Below are positions 1 through 10,163 of a stretch of 63,953 bases of DNA, in pieces. The stretch is from contig JADDPP010000066.1 of NCBI GenBank assembly GCA_016781845.1, positions 1 through 63,953 of the forward strand, in the 5' to 3' direction. Each line of letters opens with the position of its first letter. The first letter of the stretch is position 1. Source of the DNA: Rubrobacter sp. Its GTDB lineage: Bacteria; Chloroflexota; Chloroflexia; Thermobaculales; Thermobaculaceae. The position numbers and the translations under genes are program-made. The notes beneath the pieces were generated by a model. The model ran no database searches. It saw only the letters and a program-made list of their open reading frames with translations, and had not been told where the DNA came from.

Positions 1-61
1 AGCTCGCCGGGGCGTGACGTGGTAGACGCAACGCAGAGCAGCCTTACATGACCCTTCCCGG

Positions 62-1057
62 CTACGACTGGGTGTCTCTCGAGAGGGGCGGCGCGGGCTG
101 GGGATCCAGCGTGGGGCCGGGGCAGGTGGGGCCGTGGTCGGTCCAGTCCAGCCGGTCCATGCGCATCGTCCGGCCCGTGTGCTCGGGGTCCCACGCATGG
201 TAGATGATGTACTCCTGCACGCCGTCCGGCGCGAGCACGACGGAGGCGTGGCCGGGGCCGATTACCCTCCCTGGAGCAGTGCGCAGGAGCGTCGGCCCTT
301 CCCTGGCCGTCTCACGGTCGTAGGTGTACGGCCCCAACGGATGGTCTGCCACAACGTAGCTGACGCCGTAGTTGGGTTCGCGCCACGCGCCGCCGCTGTA
401 CAGGCAGTAGTAGCGCCCGTTGTGCTTGCGGACGAACGCGCCCTCGACGGTGTACCAGTCCCAGACGCGGTCGTACCAGAGCCGCTGCTTCTGGTAGAGC
501 TGCCACTCCGCATGCGCCCTCACGACGGTCCTGCGCTCCCCGGCCAGGCGGGTCATATCCACGAGCCGGTCCACGACGATGCCGGTGCCGACGCGTTGAT
601 GCTCTTCGTCAACCTCAAGGAAGTCGCGGCTATAGAAAAGGTACCATTGACCGTCATCGTCCTGGAACGGATGGGCGTCTATAGTGAAGGGGTCATCTGG
701 TGTGAGCACTCTGCCCTGATCCTCGAACGGTCCTGTGGGGTGTGGCGCGGTGGCGACGCGCAACTGGTGGCCCTGTCCTTCATCCCCGCCCGCAGAGTAG
801 TACATGTAGAACGTGCCTTCGTGGTGCGCCACCTCGGGCGCCCAGAGGCAGTCGAAGCCCTGCTCACGCGCCGTGAGCGCGTCCCCGAGGAGGCGCCAGT
901 TCACAAGGTCGGGCGAGTGCAGCACCGGCAGCGAACAGCCACCAAGCGGCACCGTGCCGTAGCCGTAGTACTCGCCGTCGTGTTTGAGAACGAATGGGTC
1001 GCCGAGATAGCCGGAATAGATGGGGTTGGTGTAGGTGCGCACGGTAGTTTCAGTCAT
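62..1057 (-). CDS. Glycoside hydrolase family 43-like protein (beta-xylosidase/arabinofuranosidase type)
   Basis: ORF 62..1336(-) trimmed to the ATG at 1055-1057. The product starts MTETTVRTYTNPIYSGYLGDPFVLKHDGEYYGYGT, a typical GH43 N-terminus, and WAPE and DAHPF-type propeller motifs follow. The 93 upstream codons are Arg/Cys-rich and look non-coding. Confidence 0.8.
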   Translation of the reverse strand: MTETTVRTYTNPIYSGYLGDPFVLKHDGEYYGYGTVPLGGCSLPVLHSPDLVNWRLLGDALTAREQGFDCLWAPEVAHHEGTFYMYYSAGGDEGQGHQLRVATAPHPTGPFEDQGRVLTPDDPFTIDAHPFQDDDGQWYLFYSRDFLEVDEEHQRVGTGIVVDRLVDMTRLAGERRTVVRAHAEWQLYQKQRLWYDRVWDWYTVEGAFVRKHNGRYYCLYSGGAWREPNYGVSYVVADHPLGPYTYDRETAREGPTLLRTAPGRVIGPGHASVVLAPDGVQEYIIYHAWDPEHTGRTMRMDRLDWTDHGPTCPGPTLDPQPAPPLSRDTQS

Positions 1058-1280
1058 AATAGGCAACAGCAATCCTGAACGTGAGTCTGATGTCCTGTTG
1101 AGGCTTTGTACGGTCGCTGGGCCCACCGCCCTTTGTGTTATGGGCGATACCCCGCGACACGGCAGTGTACTGCGCATACCTTGTGCCGGTAATAGCCTTC
1201 GAGTGCCTGCTATGCACGTTTGGGTACGGGGCCGATAGCAAGGGCGCGTGGATGTCACGCGGTTCTCGTATGAGGTGAGC

Positions 1281-2321
1281 ATGATCGTCAAACAGGCCAG
1301 GGATGCGGCGCGACGGTGGGTGAGGGAGGAGGCCAATGCGGTACCCGGCTTCCACGGAGCCTACTTCGCCGGCTCCGCGAACTGGCTTCCTGATGACGTC
1401 TCCCTTCCTGCAACGTCGGATCTGGACATCAACATGGTCGTGACCGGTTCCAATGCACCGAATAAGCGTGGCAAGTTCATCTATCGAGGCGTTCTCCTCG
1501 AAGTCACCTATCTGTCACTGGACCAACTGCGGTCGCCCGAGCTGGTCCTGAGCCACTACCACCTGGCCGGTGGTTTCAGGACACCGAGCGTCATTCTGGA
1601 CCCATCGGGGCAGCTGACCGAGCTCCAGGCGGCGGTGGCCCGCGGCTTCGCCAAGCGCCACTGGGTCAGCAGGCGATGCGCGCACGCCAGGGACCGGGTA
1701 TTGGAACAGCTTGCGGCCTTGAACGAGTCGGACCCCTTCTACGATCAGGTGCTCGGCTGGCTCTTCCCGACGGGTGTGACAACCCACGTGCTGCTCGTGG
1801 CCGGGCTGAGGAACCCGACGGTGCGGCAGAGGTACGTGGCAACGAGGGAGTTGCTGGCGGAGTATAGTCACCTGGACCTGTACGAGGCGCTATTGGAGGT
1901 GCTGGGGTGTGCCCGGATGAGCCCGGCGCGTGCCGAGCAGCACCTCGCCGTGCTTGCCGACGTGTTCGATGCCGCGAGTGCTGTGATCAGGACACCGTTC
2001 CCTTTCGCTTCGGACATCAGCCGTATCGCCCGCCCGGTCGCGATTGACGGTAGCGGGGAATTGATCGAGCGCGGCTTGCATCGCGAGGCCGTATTCTGGA
2101 TGGTTGCCACCTATTCCCGCTGCCAGAAGGTGCTCCATCACGATGCGCCGATGGAGGTGCGGGACAGGTTCGAGCCTGGCTATCGGCAACTGCTCGAGGA
2201 CCTCGGCATATCGTCGTTCGCAGACCTTCAGCGGCGCACCGAGCGGGTAGTGGGACTCCTTCCGCAGGTCTGGCAGGCGTCGGAAGCCATCATGACGACT
2301 AATCCGGAGATTGAAGATTAG
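1281..2321 (+). CDS. Pol-beta-fold nucleotidyltransferase-like protein
   Basis: ORF 1248..2321. The preferred ATG at 1281 is preceded by GAGGTGA. It carries the G-S-x(n)-SDLD-I motif (YFAGSANWLPDDVSLPATSDLDINMVV) typical of minimal or aminoglycoside-type nucleotidyltransferases, followed by a helical C-terminal domain. Confidence 0.5.
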   Translation: MIVKQARDAARRWVREEANAVPGFHGAYFAGSANWLPDDVSLPATSDLDINMVVTGSNAPNKRGKFIYRGVLLEVTYLSLDQLRSPELVLSHYHLAGGFRTPSVILDPSGQLTELQAAVARGFAKRHWVSRRCAHARDRVLEQLAALNESDPFYDQVLGWLFPTGVTTHVLLVAGLRNPTVRQRYVATRELLAEYSHLDLYEALLEVLGCARMSPARAEQHLAVLADVFDAASAVIRTPFPFASDISRIARPVAIDGSGELIERGLHREAVFWMVATYSRCQKVLHHDAPMEVRDRFEPGYRQLLEDLGISSFADLQRRTERVVGLLPQVWQASEAIMTTNPEIED

Positions 2322-2462
2322 CAGCTCTTGGGGCACCTGCAGCCGCGCCGGCTCCAGGTAGCCTGACCACAAGTGCGAACTGCTGCAGAAGGGCCTGGCA
2401 GCTCGCGACCGAAGGGCATAACAGGCTCCGAACTGCGCGGGCTATGAGGAGATGGCTGCGTA

Positions 2463-2486
2463 CAACCACGGGCTCCCTCGTGGTTG
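2463..2486. terminator. Hairpin between convergent genes (CAACCACG-8 nt-CGTGGTTG)
   Basis: Perfect 8-bp inverted repeat lying 50 nt past the tam stop and 140 nt past the upstream + gene stop. There is no U-tract. Confidence 0.25.
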
Positions 2487-2535
2487 CGCGCATGTCTTCC
2501 GCGCCCCTCTCCGTTGGCGACATACGCCCTGCGGG

Positions 2536-3321
2536 CTACCGCGCAGCCCAGAAGAGGATTCGCTTGAAGGGGTAGAAGAACGGGCGGGTGTCGTCGAGGT
2601 GGGGGAGGAGGCGAACGCGGTACTCCTGCAGGAAGCGGGCGAAGAGCTCCGCGGGCATTCGGCGCTGGTAGTCGGTCAGCAGGGTGCCCTTGACCCACTC
2701 AACGACATCCTCCCGCGAGGCCAGGTAGTGCGTGTACACTTGGAGGCGGACGTGCTGCTCGCGGTAGCCGAGGCCGTGAAGCAGGGTGGCGTATTGTTCT
2801 GGCGGGAGCACGGGCCTTCGGAGCACGTAGCCGCCGAGGGCGTCGCGGAACGGCGCCGCGCTTGCGACCTCCGCCGCAACCGTGTGCGTGGGGTAGTCGT
2901 AGTTGGCAGGTACCTGCACCGCGATCTGACCGTCCAGCGTAAGTGCATCGGTGAGGCGGGCAAGCAGTGGCTCGTGGTCCGGCACCCACTGTAGCGCGGC
3001 GTTGGAGAAGATGAGGTGGTATTTTCCGTCCTCCCTGCCGTCAGCGTTGAAGAGGGCGATATCGCCCGGCTCGAAGCGCAAGTCGCTGCGCTCGTATGCG
3101 TGGCTCTTCGCGAGCATCGTCTCGGAGTTATCCAGTCCGACGGTCTCGCAGGCGTCCATTTGGTCGTGGAGCTGGGCCGTTAGCTCCCCTGTGCCACATC
3201 CGAGGTCCACCACCCGCATCGAGGGATAGCGATGCACGAGGGCCAGGAGGTCGTGGAAGGGCTGGCTGCGCTCCGCCCCGAAGCGCGCGTACTGCTCGGG
3301 GTTCCATGTGCTTCGCATCAT
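2536..3321 (-). CDS. tam: Trans-aconitate 2-methyltransferase
   Basis: The N-terminus WNPEQYARFGAERSQPFHDLLALV, the SAM motif VVDLGCGTGELT and LIFSNAALQWVPDH are colinear with E. coli Tam as I remember it. Confidence 0.85.
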   Translation of the reverse strand: MMRSTWNPEQYARFGAERSQPFHDLLALVHRYPSMRVVDLGCGTGELTAQLHDQMDACETVGLDNSETMLAKSHAYERSDLRFEPGDIALFNADGREDGKYHLIFSNAALQWVPDHEPLLARLTDALTLDGQIAVQVPANYDYPTHTVAAEVASAAPFRDALGGYVLRRPVLPPEQYATLLHGLGYREQHVRLQVYTHYLASREDVVEWVKGTLLTDYQRRMPAELFARFLQEYRVRLLPHLDDTRPFFYPFKRILFWAAR

Positions 3322-3458
3322 CCTCCTCTTTGTCGTTCATAGCTGCTTGGGTCACATCATACATGTGTTGTAACCGATGTGGCAGATGATGGCAGTGGTT
3401 GTGCTCGTAGCAGGGGATGGGCAGACAGGTGTGACAAGGCGAAGCAGGGAGGGGAAGG

Positions 3459-3926
3459 ATGGAAGGAGCGAGTCCGCAGTTTGTGTGGCGAGGGAGGCTG
3501 CATCTGGGCGACGAGCCGGGGGTGTACGGCGATGCGTGCTACGCGGGCCTGAGCACGGACCTGCCGCTCACAGTCAGGGAGTTTGAGGAGAACCCTCCCG
3601 ACGCCGCTACCTTCGTGCTTCTTACAGAGGGCGGGAACGTTCACCCAGGATACCCGGGTCACAAGGTGGAGATCGTGTACTATGAGGAGACCGACCAACC
3701 CGCCCACTATCGCGAGCGCGTGCTGGCGGAGGGGCGGCTTCTCCCTGGACAGATGCAAGTGCGAACCGACCTCGGGCTGGTCACACCGCCGCCCCGGACC
3801 CCTCGATACATAAGCGTGCGGGTGCGCCTGGATACTTCAATGCCACCGGCGCTCTACGATGATTTCGTGCTTGTTGGCCTCTCCCTGCAGTCCACCAAGT
3901 ATTACGCCTCGTTCGGCTTCTATTAA
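3459..3926 (+). CDS. Hypothetical protein
   Basis: 155-aa ORF with balanced composition and a GGGAGG-type RBS upstream. It lies in a gap not covered by other genes. No family was recognised. Confidence 0.5.
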   Translation: MEGASPQFVWRGRLHLGDEPGVYGDACYAGLSTDLPLTVREFEENPPDAATFVLLTEGGNVHPGYPGHKVEIVYYEETDQPAHYRERVLAEGRLLPGQMQVRTDLGLVTPPPRTPRYISVRVRLDTSMPPALYDDFVLVGLSLQSTKYYASFGFY

Positions 3927-4121
3927 TCCGCTGGGCGCCTGCGGGTTGCTCTCCATATTAGTGGGAGCCCGTTAGCCAGACGGCCCTCGACGGGACTTCG
4001 GGCAGTGCTCAGACGGGTACTACATCGCCGGACAAAGCATCCCTTTGGGTCTTATCCCTGCGCGAGGTCCGCATTGGCACCAGTCCTGCCACTACGGGGG
4101 GGGAATAGGAGGAGGTTCACT

Positions 4122-4982
4122 TTGGCCGAGAACGAACTGGTGCTGCCGGCGGCGGATGTGGACGCGGACACCCGAAATGGCTCCATCTACTTTATAGGGA
4201 ACGCGACGACGCTGATACGGTACGCGGGTTTCACGATCCTCACCGATCCCAATTTTCTGCACAAGGGAGAGAAGGTGAGGCTGGGGTACGGGCTGCGCTC
4301 GACGCGGAGGTTCGACCCGGCCATGGAGATAGGGGATCTGCCGCCACTCGACCTCGTGGTGCTGTCGCACATGCACGAGGACCACTTTGACCGCGTGGCG
4401 GAGCGGGACCTCGACAGGAGCGTGCCGATAATCACCACACCACATGCCGCCGCCGCCCTGAAGAAGATGGGCTTCGCCTCGCCGCATGCGCTGCAGACAT
4501 GGGAGGCCATCTCAGTGGCGAAGGGGGGTGCGAGGCTGCGAGTGGTCTCGATGCCCGGAATCCACGGGCCGGCTGTTGTAGGCAGGCTGTTGCCGCCCGT
4601 GATGGGCAGCCTCCTTCAGTTCCAGACGAGGCCAGGCAAGATCGGCTTGCAACTCTACATAACGGGTGACACCCTGATACATAGCCAGCTGCGGGAAGTG
4701 CCGCGGGTGTACCCGGACATAGACCTGGCGCTCCTGCACCTGGGTGGGACGCGGGCACTTGGCATCATGGTCACGATGGACGGGAAGCAGGGCGTGGAGG
4801 CGATCAGGATACTCCAGCCGAAGACGGCGATACCGATACACTACAACGATTACACCGTGATGAAATCGCCTCTGGAGGACTTTCAGCGCGAAGTGAGGGC
4901 GGCAGGGCTGGAGGACAGGGTGCGGTATCTTGACCGAGGCGAGACGTACGACTTTGAGGTACCCGAGAGCCGGGCGAGGTAG
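4122..4982 (+). CDS. MBL-fold metallo-hydrolase
   Basis: ORF 4005..4982. An in-frame TTG at 4122 sits 6 nt after AGGAGGAGG. It has the metallo-beta-lactamase signature LSHMHEDHFD and later His/Asp ligand positions (LHLGG, PIHYND). Confidence 0.8.
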   Translation: MAENELVLPAADVDADTRNGSIYFIGNATTLIRYAGFTILTDPNFLHKGEKVRLGYGLRSTRRFDPAMEIGDLPPLDLVVLSHMHEDHFDRVAERDLDRSVPIITTPHAAAALKKMGFASPHALQTWEAISVAKGGARLRVVSMPGIHGPAVVGRLLPPVMGSLLQFQTRPGKIGLQLYITGDTLIHSQLREVPRVYPDIDLALLHLGGTRALGIMVTMDGKQGVEAIRILQPKTAIPIHYNDYTVMKSPLEDFQREVRAAGLEDRVRYLDRGETYDFEVPESRAR

Positions 4983-5123
4983 CTGTGCTGCAGATGTCTC
5001 GCCTGGTAGCCCGATGCACGGCATACACGGTCTACCTGTAGCCCAACGATCCTGTATGTGCAGTACTCCCTGCACTATTGTCTGAAGTAGCTCACAAGGG
5101 TATGGAACGTGAGTCTTACATCT

Positions 5124-5699
5124 CTATCGGGATGTATCTTCCGTTCGACCGAGCAGGGTATCAACCTTCAGCGTGAGCGAGGGCAATACTGTTGATTCGA
5201 GCGTTTGCCCTCGCCGGGCGCGTACTACCAGGCGATAACCACCTTCGGAGGGCTCACTGTGACGCTCGATCGCCCCGTCGGCCAGGTCCATAAGCCACGA
5301 TTCCGGGATGCCCGCCCGTGCGTACATCGGGATCTTCAGGTCCCGGTCGTACGAGACCGACATATCCGCTACCTCAATCAGGAGCAATACGTCCTCAGGT
5401 TTCGGCAGGTCGCCCGCGTAGTTGCGGGCGCGGATAACGGCCAAGTCCGGCTCCGGCTCCCCGTACTCGTCTATCCTGATCGGGTTCTGCACGCTCACGC
5501 GCACCTCCTCACCTAGCTGCCGCGTGAGCAGCCAGTTGAGCTCCGTAACACATGCTGCGTGCCTTCCACCTATAGGGCTCAACTGGATGATCTCCCCTCT
5601 GATGAGTTCCACGCGGTCGTCCTCTGTCAGGATGCCGGCATCCGCCATCCTGTGGTACTCGTCCACCGTGAACTGTTTCCGCGCAATCTCTGTAGCCAT
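5124..5699 (-). CDS. Uma2-family (DUF820) endonuclease
   Basis: ORF 5124..5846 trimmed to the ATG at 5699. The product starts MATEIARKQFTVDEYHRMADAGILTEDDRVELIRGEI and has a PD-(D/E)xK-like core EPDLAV...LLIEV. Confidence 0.8.
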   Translation of the reverse strand: MATEIARKQFTVDEYHRMADAGILTEDDRVELIRGEIIQLSPIGGRHAACVTELNWLLTRQLGEEVRVSVQNPIRIDEYGEPEPDLAVIRARNYAGDLPKPEDVLLLIEVADMSVSYDRDLKIPMYARAGIPESWLMDLADGAIERHSEPSEGGYRLVVRARRGQTLESTVLPSLTLKVDTLLGRTEDTSR

Positions 5700-6208
5700 C
5701 TGATCGCCTCCGGTGCTCTCGTCTGCGGTAGTAGTATCACCCCTACCAGGTGTGGTTCCTCGTGCCGACGACACCCCCGCAGCCGACGTCCTCCAGCGCC
5801 TGGCCAGGTTGAACCAGGACCTCAAGAAACGCTGACGCTGGGACAATTGCTGCGTCGAGAATCTCCCTTCCCGGTCCGGCCTTCCTCCCGCCCGTACCGG
5901 CCAGCACGCACAGGGGGCGGCATCGCCGTCTCCAGTATCTACTATCTACTGCACCATCCGCTCCACTCTCTCGCGCAGCAACTCCGGGTCGTCGAGCATC
6001 CCTCCCCCTCGGACACGTACTCTACGGTCATCGCCAGAATACTCCAGCGAGCCGCGGAACATGCGATAGTACGCGCCGACGCGGACCACTTGGGCTGTCC
6101 CATGTTCAGTGTGGACCGGGCCTTCGAGGGGCAGATTCTGAAGGTAGTGCGGTTTCTACAAGGGTAGCGTGGACGGCTACAGGAAGCCGCCCACGGATGT
6201 ACGAATCC

Positions 6209-8059
6209 TTACGTCAGCGTGGAGGAGTCAAGGATGCCGGGGGCAACCTGGAGGGCGCCCGTCTCCGCGTCGAGAAGGCCGTTGACCTCATCCTCGATGC
6301 TCGTAGCCTGGGTGTAGACGTCCCCGGCTATGGCGCGGAGCCGCAGCTCCCGCTTAAAGGCGCGGATGCGCTCCGTCTTAGCGGTCGTCTCCTCCGGCCC
6401 ACCGTACCACTCGAAGCCGAAGCCGCCCCACTCACTCACCAGTAGCGGCACCTGACCACGGTAGAAGAACGGGTCACCCACGACGAGTGGGTTGACGGCT
6501 ACCCCGTGGTTCTCGCCCTCCACGAGCCTGTCCAGTGTCCACCGCCACTGGTGTATGTCAGGGGTGTACAGGTGTGCGCTCAAAAGATGTGATTCGAGTC
6601 GGCCTTCGGTTGACACGTGATGCCAGCCGTCGTTGTCTACCACGAGGAGTTGCGGGTGGTTCACGCGCATGTAGTTGTACGTGCGGGCGATGTACGCGCG
6701 TGTGGCACGGCTGGTGGCGATGTCCTGCGCGCCCCAATCCTCGTTGTACAGGCTCAGAATGACGACCGATGGATGCGAGAGGAGGATGACGAGTAGGCGC
6801 TGCAGCTCCTCCCAGTGGTTCTCGCGGGAGCGCTGGCTCGAAGAGTGCGGGCTGGGCACCTCCACCCAGAGCAGCATGCCCATCTCGTCCGCGAGGTCGT
6901 AGATCCTTGGGTCTATACCAGCTATATGGACGCGGACGAGGTTGCAGCCCAGCTCTTTCATTGAGAGCATATGGGCGCGCATCTGCTCGTACGTGGCGGT
7001 GCCGGGCTGGTAGAGGATGCCGTCGAGGTAGATCGCCTCGTTGTTGAGGTAGATGCGCCTGCCGCGCGCCTCGATCTTTCGCAGCCCGAAGTGCGCCTCG
7101 ATCTGCGACACCGCCCCATCGGGGGAGGATAACTGTGCCACGAGATGGTACAGGGTCGGCTCCGAAGGTGACCACAGGTGCGCGTCGGGCAGCTCCAGCG
7201 TCACCCGTTGGCGCTTCTCCCCAACCTCCAGTGGCAGGGGGTACTCGGCTACAGTAACCGGGCCATCTTTGCCGGGTGGTGTCACGACGACTCGCAGCTC
7301 GTACAGACCACGGTCGTGAACTCGCGTTGTGAAGTTGAGCTCGACGAGCCCGTCCTCAATAGTGCTGATGACGCTGAGGCGAGAGCGGAGCCGGTTGCGC
7401 TCGACTGGCTCCAGCCAAACGCTGCGCACCGCGCCCGTGTACGTCTGGTACCAGATGCCGCCGCGCTTATACACGCGCGACTCCTGCTTGCCGCGTGGTA
7501 TCTCCGCGTCGAGCGAGTCCGCGATGCGGACGGTAAGGCGGTTGGTCTTTTCCAGGTACTCCGTAGGCAGCTCGTACGAGAACGATGTGTACTCACCGAC
7601 GTGAACTTCCTCGCCCTCTACGGTCCTGAGAGGGTGGCCGTTGAGCCACACGCGCGTTTCGTATCCGCACGCGCCGAAGGTGACCTGCGGGATGCGGTCA
7701 GGCGCCGCGACCCACCGCTCGGGTACCTGAAACTCGCGCTCGTACCAGGCAACCACACTATCCTGCCACGGGCGGCCCCTCTGTGTCGCAGCATCCCGGG
7801 CGGACTGAAGGTGCTCCTCGATGGAGCCCGGCCATTGTGCGACGCCGGTGAACCTGTGACCGAGATACCACTCCTCGTGCAGTCCGCGGTCTTCGGGATC
7901 GAACTCGAAGCGCCAGGTGCCGTCGAGCAACACGTATGCGTTGCGGCGGATGACGGAGCGCGGTAGCGGGTTGAGGAGCTCCCTTACGGCCTGCGCCTCT
8001 TCCGTGGCTCTTGTGAAGCCGTATTCAACGTCCGCCAATGGTGTCTCCAATCTCGGCAC
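6209..8059 (-). CDS. Glycoside hydrolase family 2 protein
   Basis: 616 aa with a GTG start. It has an N-terminal sugar-binding domain, an Ig-like middle, and a TIM barrel with YNEDWG (acid/base NE) and SEWGGFG (nucleophile E) motifs. Confidence 0.8.
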   Translation of the reverse strand: MPRLETPLADVEYGFTRATEEAQAVRELLNPLPRSVIRRNAYVLLDGTWRFEFDPEDRGLHEEWYLGHRFTGVAQWPGSIEEHLQSARDAATQRGRPWQDSVVAWYEREFQVPERWVAAPDRIPQVTFGACGYETRVWLNGHPLRTVEGEEVHVGEYTSFSYELPTEYLEKTNRLTVRIADSLDAEIPRGKQESRVYKRGGIWYQTYTGAVRSVWLEPVERNRLRSRLSVISTIEDGLVELNFTTRVHDRGLYELRVVVTPPGKDGPVTVAEYPLPLEVGEKRQRVTLELPDAHLWSPSEPTLYHLVAQLSSPDGAVSQIEAHFGLRKIEARGRRIYLNNEAIYLDGILYQPGTATYEQMRAHMLSMKELGCNLVRVHIAGIDPRIYDLADEMGMLLWVEVPSPHSSSQRSRENHWEELQRLLVILLSHPSVVILSLYNEDWGAQDIATSRATRAYIARTYNYMRVNHPQLLVVDNDGWHHVSTEGRLESHLLSAHLYTPDIHQWRWTLDRLVEGENHGVAVNPLVVGDPFFYRGQVPLLVSEWGGFGFEWYGGPEETTAKTERIRAFKRELRLRAIAGDVYTQATSIEDEVNGLLDAETGALQVAPGILDSSTLT

Positions 8060-8408
8060 TCAACAAGGGTAATCTGATCTCGCTTCTATACATATTCTAT
8101 ATTGTTCCACCCTTGCCGATAACTCGCAAGGCTGACGGAATAGCGAAAACGTAATGTATTCGTTGACAAACACGCAGTATGCACAGGCTTCGTCCTCCCC
8201 GAAGCACTCCGCGTGCCATGTTTATGTGGGGCGTGCGGGGTCGGTGAAGCGGCACGTCTGCCGGGTTGGTGCGCGGATTGCGTGTTGGGGGATATACAGC
8301 GGTTCACGTCGACCCGGCGAAGTCAGAGTTGTGCGGCGTGATCGCACTGACCGGCTCGCAGCTGTTGAACAGCGAGGCTGGCGGCTGCAGGTAGAGAGGA
8401 GTCAAGAG

Positions 8409-9653
8409 TTGGAAAACGGACAAGCAGACCTGGTGTGCGTGTCGCACCTGTATTGGGATTGGGTATGGCAGCGCCCGCAACACGCGCTGTCACGTCTCTC
8501 CCGGCATTATCCCGTGCTGTACGTCGAGGAGCCGCGTATCCAGATCGGTCCGGAGTTCGAGGGCTTCCGGGTGACGGAGACGCACCCGAACCTGCAGGTG
8601 GCGCAGCTCCTGTTCCGCAGCGGCCGTGAGAAGTTCTGGGAGCGGCTTGATGCGAGCCTTGACCGGATCCGGATGGTGGGCCATCCGTTTAAAGTTCGAG
8701 ATGACATCACGGAATCAAGCCTGATGTTCGAGAGCCCCGAGCAGCCCCGGTTGGAGCGCGAGGTGACGGAGTACGTCCGGCGCTGGCGGCGGGACGTGCC
8801 ACTCATACTGTGGCTCTACACCCCGGTGGTCGTAAAGTTCCTGGACCTGTTGCAGCCCGACCTTGTGGTGTACGACGTTATGGACGATCTGACCTCCTTC
8901 AAGTTCGCCCCCAAGCGGCTCAGGGATCAGGAGCAGGAGCTGCTGTCGCGCGCGGACCTCGTGTTCGGCGGTGGGCCGAGCCTGTACGAGAGCAAGAAGG
9001 GACGGCACGACGACCTGCACCTGTTCCCCAGCGGCGTCGAGCAGGAGCATTTCAGCCAGGCGTTGCGCGAGGATCTGCCCGTGCCGGAGGACGTGCGCGC
9101 TCTTGGTCGCCCGATCATCGGCTACTACGGCGTGGTGGACGAGCGGATAGACCTGGAGCTGCTGGCGAACGTGGCGGAAGCGCGGCCCGAGTGGAACCTT
9201 GTGATGATAGGTCCTACTCTCAAGATCGAGGAGCGTACCCTGCCGCGGCCAGGTAACATCCACTACCTCGGGAAGCGGGCGTACGCGCAGTTACCCGCGT
9301 ACCTCAAGGCGTTCGATGTTGCGATGATGCCGTTTGCGATCAATGAGTCCACCCGATCCATCAGCCCCACGAAGACGCTGGAGTATATGGCGGGCCAGAA
9401 GCCGATAGTTTCCACCCCCATCCGCGATGTTATCTCGCTGTATGGTGAGGTGGTGCGGATCGCGGAGGGTGCCGATGAGTTCGTACGGCAAGTGGAGGTG
9501 GCGCTTGCCGAGTCGGGCGAGGAGCGCGCGCGGAGGATCGAGAAAGGACGCGACCTTCTGGAGCGCTACTCGTGGGACACAATAGCCGACCAGATGCATA
9601 CGCTGATACAGGACAGGCTGGCGCGCAAGCTGGCCCTCAAGCCTCAGGCCTGA
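8409..9653 (+). CDS. Glycosyltransferase (GT-B, GT1/GT4-like C-terminal domain)
   Basis: ORF 8154..9653. I prefer the TTG at 8409, 7 nt after GAGAGGAG. The conserved N-terminus is VCVSHLYWDWVWQRPQH and the C-terminal E-x7-E-like region is SPTKTLEYMAGQKPIVS. The start is uncertain. Confidence 0.7.
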   Translation: MENGQADLVCVSHLYWDWVWQRPQHALSRLSRHYPVLYVEEPRIQIGPEFEGFRVTETHPNLQVAQLLFRSGREKFWERLDASLDRIRMVGHPFKVRDDITESSLMFESPEQPRLEREVTEYVRRWRRDVPLILWLYTPVVVKFLDLLQPDLVVYDVMDDLTSFKFAPKRLRDQEQELLSRADLVFGGGPSLYESKKGRHDDLHLFPSGVEQEHFSQALREDLPVPEDVRALGRPIIGYYGVVDERIDLELLANVAEARPEWNLVMIGPTLKIEERTLPRPGNIHYLGKRAYAQLPAYLKAFDVAMMPFAINESTRSISPTKTLEYMAGQKPIVSTPIRDVISLYGEVVRIAEGADEFVRQVEVALAESGEERARRIEKGRDLLERYSWDTIADQMHTLIQDRLARKLALKPQA

Positions 9654-10163
9654 GCAGATGCGGGCGGCCAAACCTCGCTGAATGAGTGGGTACGTACTCG
9701 GGTACACCCTGATGTCCGAAACCAGGCCCGGTCCCGTAGAGTAATCTGCTGGAGGCGAAGGACCAGGTGATCGCCTCGCTGCGCCGCAGGATCGAGAACC
9801 TCAAGCGCGAGCTCGCAGCCAAGGACGAAGTCATCCGCGAGAAGCAGCGGGAGATCAACCGCCTGTATGGGAAGCTTGCGAGCAGGGTTGGCTGACCGGC
9901 TACCAGCTCAGGAACGCTCGTTCTATGGGCCAGGAGCGCTACCCTCAGGCAGATCAATGCCTTACCGCTTTTCTCTCTATTAGAGGGCTGCTTCCTCCAC
10001 CCCTATGTGAAATGCAACCTTGTTGACCGCAATTGCTGCGGGCTCCTATGGGACTACGCCTCAATGCTGGAACCAGGCCCCAGTATGCACCGCCGGTCAG
10101 TCTAGTACGCCCTCCTGCTGGGTAGAATGGGGTGGTGACACCCCGAGTTGGGGTCTGTCTGTA

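Noticed and set aside
9637-9957. 106-aa minus-strand ORF in the gap after the glycosyltransferase
   Set aside because: It is Ser/Arg/Leu-rich and is the antisense shadow of the plus-strand coiled-coil frame reported as a finding.
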